Assembly: GCA_037446215.1 (NCBI GenBank)
Contig: JBBIJB010000025.1
Coordinates: 11,527 to 30,251, forward strand
From: Armatimonadota bacterium
GTDB taxonomy: Bacteria; Sysuimicrobiota; Sysuimicrobiia; Sysuimicrobiales; Humicultoraceae
Direction: 5' to 3'
Length of the DNA: 18,725 nt
Below the pieces are notes generated by a model. The model worked only from the letters and a program-made list of their open reading frames with translations. It was not told where the DNA came from and did no database searches. The stretch's first letter is position 1; each line of letters begins with the position of its first letter. Of the stretch, positions 16,668-18,725 are shown in pieces. The position numbers were made by a program, and so were the translations under genes.

Positions 16668-18197
16668 CTACGGAGCGGCTGTGATCACCACCGGCGCACG
16701 GCACAGCGGCCTTCCAGAGGCGTCCTTCGGCGTGATCCTGATCGTGCGGGCCGCGGAGTCGACGTCGACCTTGGCGTAGGCGTAGCGGTCGAGCACCGCG
16801 CAGGAGAGGCCCACCCCGCCCTGCGGTATCGGGGTAGTCAGGAAGGCCGCGAGGAACGGCACGGTCACCCGGCCCGCCATCGAGGCGACCGACTCCGAGT
16901 AGAGCGTCGCGGCTATGGGGCCGGCAACTACCTCCTTCATGCCGGTGGTCGCGAAGGGCGGGGTGAAGGTGGAGAGACGGACGTCGTTGACCAGCGTGGC
17001 GTGCGTATCGCTGCTGAGCCACACCACGTTCTTGATGTTGCTCCTCACGATGAACCCGAGGATCTCCGCGCGCTCCGCGGCGTAGCCCTCCCACCGGTCG
17101 TACGGCATCGCGAAGAACTCCTGGATTGGTGTCTGGCTGAACACCAGCTTCCAGGTGGCGGTGCTCCTGGCCAACCCCTCCATCAGCCAGCGCTTCTGGG
17201 CGTGGCCGAGCAGCGTGCGGTTGGGATCGAACAGCGCGTCGATGCAGCCGGGAGGCACCGGCAGCCGCATCTGGGGTACCACCGGCGCAAAGGCCGCCCT
17301 GATCGCGGCCGGCGCCGTCGGCGCCAGGTCCGGTATCCTGCTCCCCGGAGGGTTGTCGCAGACAGGGGTCTTGCTTACCTGGCGGCTCCTGTAGGACCTG
17401 CCGTCCAGCACGAACATCTCGACATCCCGGCCCCACCTGAAGCTGCGGTAGCGTCGGCCCGTGGGGTGGTCGTAGAGCGGCATGTACTCGTGGAACGCCC
17501 GAATCCCCCTCGCGAACAGGGCGCCGTCCACCGTCTCGATGTCGAAGTCGTTCTCCACCTCGTGGTCGTCCGTAGTGGCGACGATCGGCACGCCGGCGAG
17601 CAGCGTACGGAACTCCCGGATGCGCCGTGACTCCCTGTACTTCTCGCGGTAGCCCTCCAGGGTTGTCGCCGGCGTCCTCATGAGCGACGAGTCCGCGTAG
17701 ATCGTGTCTCCGAGGTGCACGAACAGATCCGGCCCCTCCGCCGCGACCGCGTCCAGCAGCCCGAAGGTGAGGGCAGGCGCACCGTCCACGTGCGTCCAGT
17801 CCGAGCACGCGGAGTAGGCGAGGGAGAGGTTCGCCGGCGTCTGCTCCGAGGGCGGCGTAGCGAAGGTGCCCCTCTCGGAGAAGGCACTGCCCATCCTGAA
17901 GCGGTAGAAGTGGCGCTTCCCGGGCGCGAGGCCCCCGGCCACGATCTTCACGGTCATGTCGCGGTCGGCCGAGGGGACCACGGTGCGGGTGAACGCCATC
18001 GACCCGAAGGCCGGGTCGATGGAGACCTCGAGGGTGACGGGGGCCGCCTTGGAGGCCCGCGTCCAAAGGACCGCGGAGGAGTCGCGTACGTCGCCTGACG
18101 CGATGCCGTATGGGAACACCAGGGCTACCTGCGAGACGGCGGGAACGGGCAGCGCCACCAGCGCTGCGACGATCAAGACCAGAGCGGCTCTATGCAC
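16668..18197 (-). CDS. phoD: Alkaline phosphatase D (PhoD) family metallophosphoesterase, exported (509 aa)
   Basis: FPYGIASGDV..SAVLWTR, SAC, HLGDTIYAD, DDHEVEND, LDGRSYR, DRWEGY..ER and LSSDTH. Start moved from 18650 to GTG 18197 (AGGAGG 7 nt upstream), giving a signal-peptide-like N-terminus. Confidence 0.92.
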   Translation of the reverse strand: MHRAALVLIVAALVALPVPAVSQVALVFPYGIASGDVRDSSAVLWTRASKAAPVTLEVSIDPAFGSMAFTRTVVPSADRDMTVKIVAGGLAPGKRHFYRFRMGSAFSERGTFATPPSEQTPANLSLAYSACSDWTHVDGAPALTFGLLDAVAAEGPDLFVHLGDTIYADSSLMRTPATTLEGYREKYRESRRIREFRTLLAGVPIVATTDDHEVENDFDIETVDGALFARGIRAFHEYMPLYDHPTGRRYRSFRWGRDVEMFVLDGRSYRSRQVSKTPVCDNPPGSRIPDLAPTAPAAIRAAFAPVVPQMRLPVPPGCIDALFDPNRTLLGHAQKRWLMEGLARSTATWKLVFSQTPIQEFFAMPYDRWEGYAAERAEILGFIVRSNIKNVVWLSSDTHATLVNDVRLSTFTPPFATTGMKEVVAGPIAATLYSESVASMAGRVTVPFLAAFLTTPIPQGGVGLSCAVLDRYAYAKVDVDSAARTIRITPKDASGRPLCRAPVVITAAP

Positions 18198-18230
18198 GTC
18201 GGTTCCTCCTGCCAGCCGGTGTGGGCTGCT

Positions 18231-18261
18231 AGGTGATTCGCGCAGCCGCGCCGAAACCCTG
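18231..18261. promoter_or_regulatory. Overlapping divergent SigH-like promoters for phoD (minus, CAGGG-N16-CGAAT) and lemA (plus, AGGT-N17-CGAAA)
   Basis: 18231-18260 reads AGGTGATTCGCGCAGCCGCGCCGAAACCCT on plus and AGGGTTTCGGCGCGGCTGCGCGAATCACCT on minus; both strands carry the motif. Confidence 0.55.
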
Positions 18262-18302
18262 TGCGTGGCCCGGAGAATGGCCTCTTTGGAGGGGGTGACG
18301 CG

Positions 18303-18725
18303 GTGTACTACGTGCTGGCCATAGTCGCGCTCGTGGCGCTCTTCCTGGTGTACATATACAACAAGCTCGTCGTCTTCCGGAACCGCATCGACAACGCCTG
18401 GTCCCAGATCGACGTTCAGTTGCGGCGGCGATACGACCTGATCCCGAACCTGGTGGAAACCGTCAAGGGCTACGCGACCCACGAGAGGGAGGTCTTCGAG
18501 CGCGTCACCGAGGCGCGCGCCCGGGCGATCGCCGCGGGCTCGGTCGGCGAGCAGGGTCAGGCCGAGAACCTCCTGAGCGGCGCGCTGCGCAGCCTGTTCG
18601 CGGTGGCCGAGAACTACCCGCAGTTGAGGGCGAGCGAGAACTTCATGCATCTCCAGGAGGAGCTGAGCGGGACCGAGAGCAAGATCGCCTTCGCCCGTCA
18701 GTTCTACAACGACACGGTGCTGCGC
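18303..18725 (+). CDS. lemA: LemA family membrane protein; 3' end runs off the window
   Basis: Not in the ORF track (no stop). Manual translation from GTG 18303: [61 protein letters not shown]...[15 protein letters not shown]...[11 protein letters not shown], the LemA signature. RBS GGAGG/GGTGA upstream. Confidence 0.95.
   Translation, partial: MYYVLAIVALVALFLVYIYNKLVVFRNRIDNAWSQIDVQLRRRYDLIPNLVETVKGYATHEREVFERVTEARARAIAAGSVGEQGQAENLLSGALRSLFAVAENYPQLRASENFMHLQEELSGTESKIAFARQFYNDTVLR

Noticed and set aside
3584..16670. TAG reassignment (pyrrolysine or sense recoding)
   Set aside because: No gene is interrupted by an internal TAG, and TAG-ending proteins such as the thiolase and FadE stop at family-typical C-termini.
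18198..18650. 151-codon N-terminal extension of phoD
   Set aside because: It is largely the antisense of lemA; the RBS and signal peptide support GTG 18197.
1..18725. tRNA, rRNA, riboswitch, CRISPR array, IS element or prophage
   Set aside because: All intergenic gaps are 170 nt or shorter and largely explained by RBS and promoter elements; no repeat-spacer pattern, transposase, integrase or compositional island was seen.

Overview
High-GC (roughly 70% by eye) bacterial chromosomal segment, densely coding, with no RNA gene, mobile element or CRISPR array visible. Left to right it holds: two LIV-family ABC permeases (livM then livH, minus strand, livH cut by the window edge); a divergently transcribed two-subunit 2-oxoacid:ferredoxin oxidoreductase (alpha/beta); a minus-strand block of a membrane-anchored penicillin-acylase-family Ntn hydrolase followed by a Bacillus-type beta-oxidation cluster fadN-fadA-fadE-fadD; a CDF metal exporter plus an FAH-family protein; a DUF151 protein; a PhoD-family phosphatase; and the 5' part of lemA. 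Most genes are ordinary metabolic genes. Four observations stand out. (1) The oxidoreductase keeps its TPP/Fe-S core but has altered CoA-domain loops and substrate-site residues. (2) An AGG(A/G/T)-N16/17-CGAA SigH-like promoter motif recurs in front of five transcription units, including a quasi-palindromic bidirectional copy between phoD and lemA. (3) The acylase sits directly upstream of the beta-oxidation genes. (4) TAG stop codons are in strong excess. Motif comparisons are from recalled family consensus, not alignments, and none of these is proven to be a new system from sequence alone.
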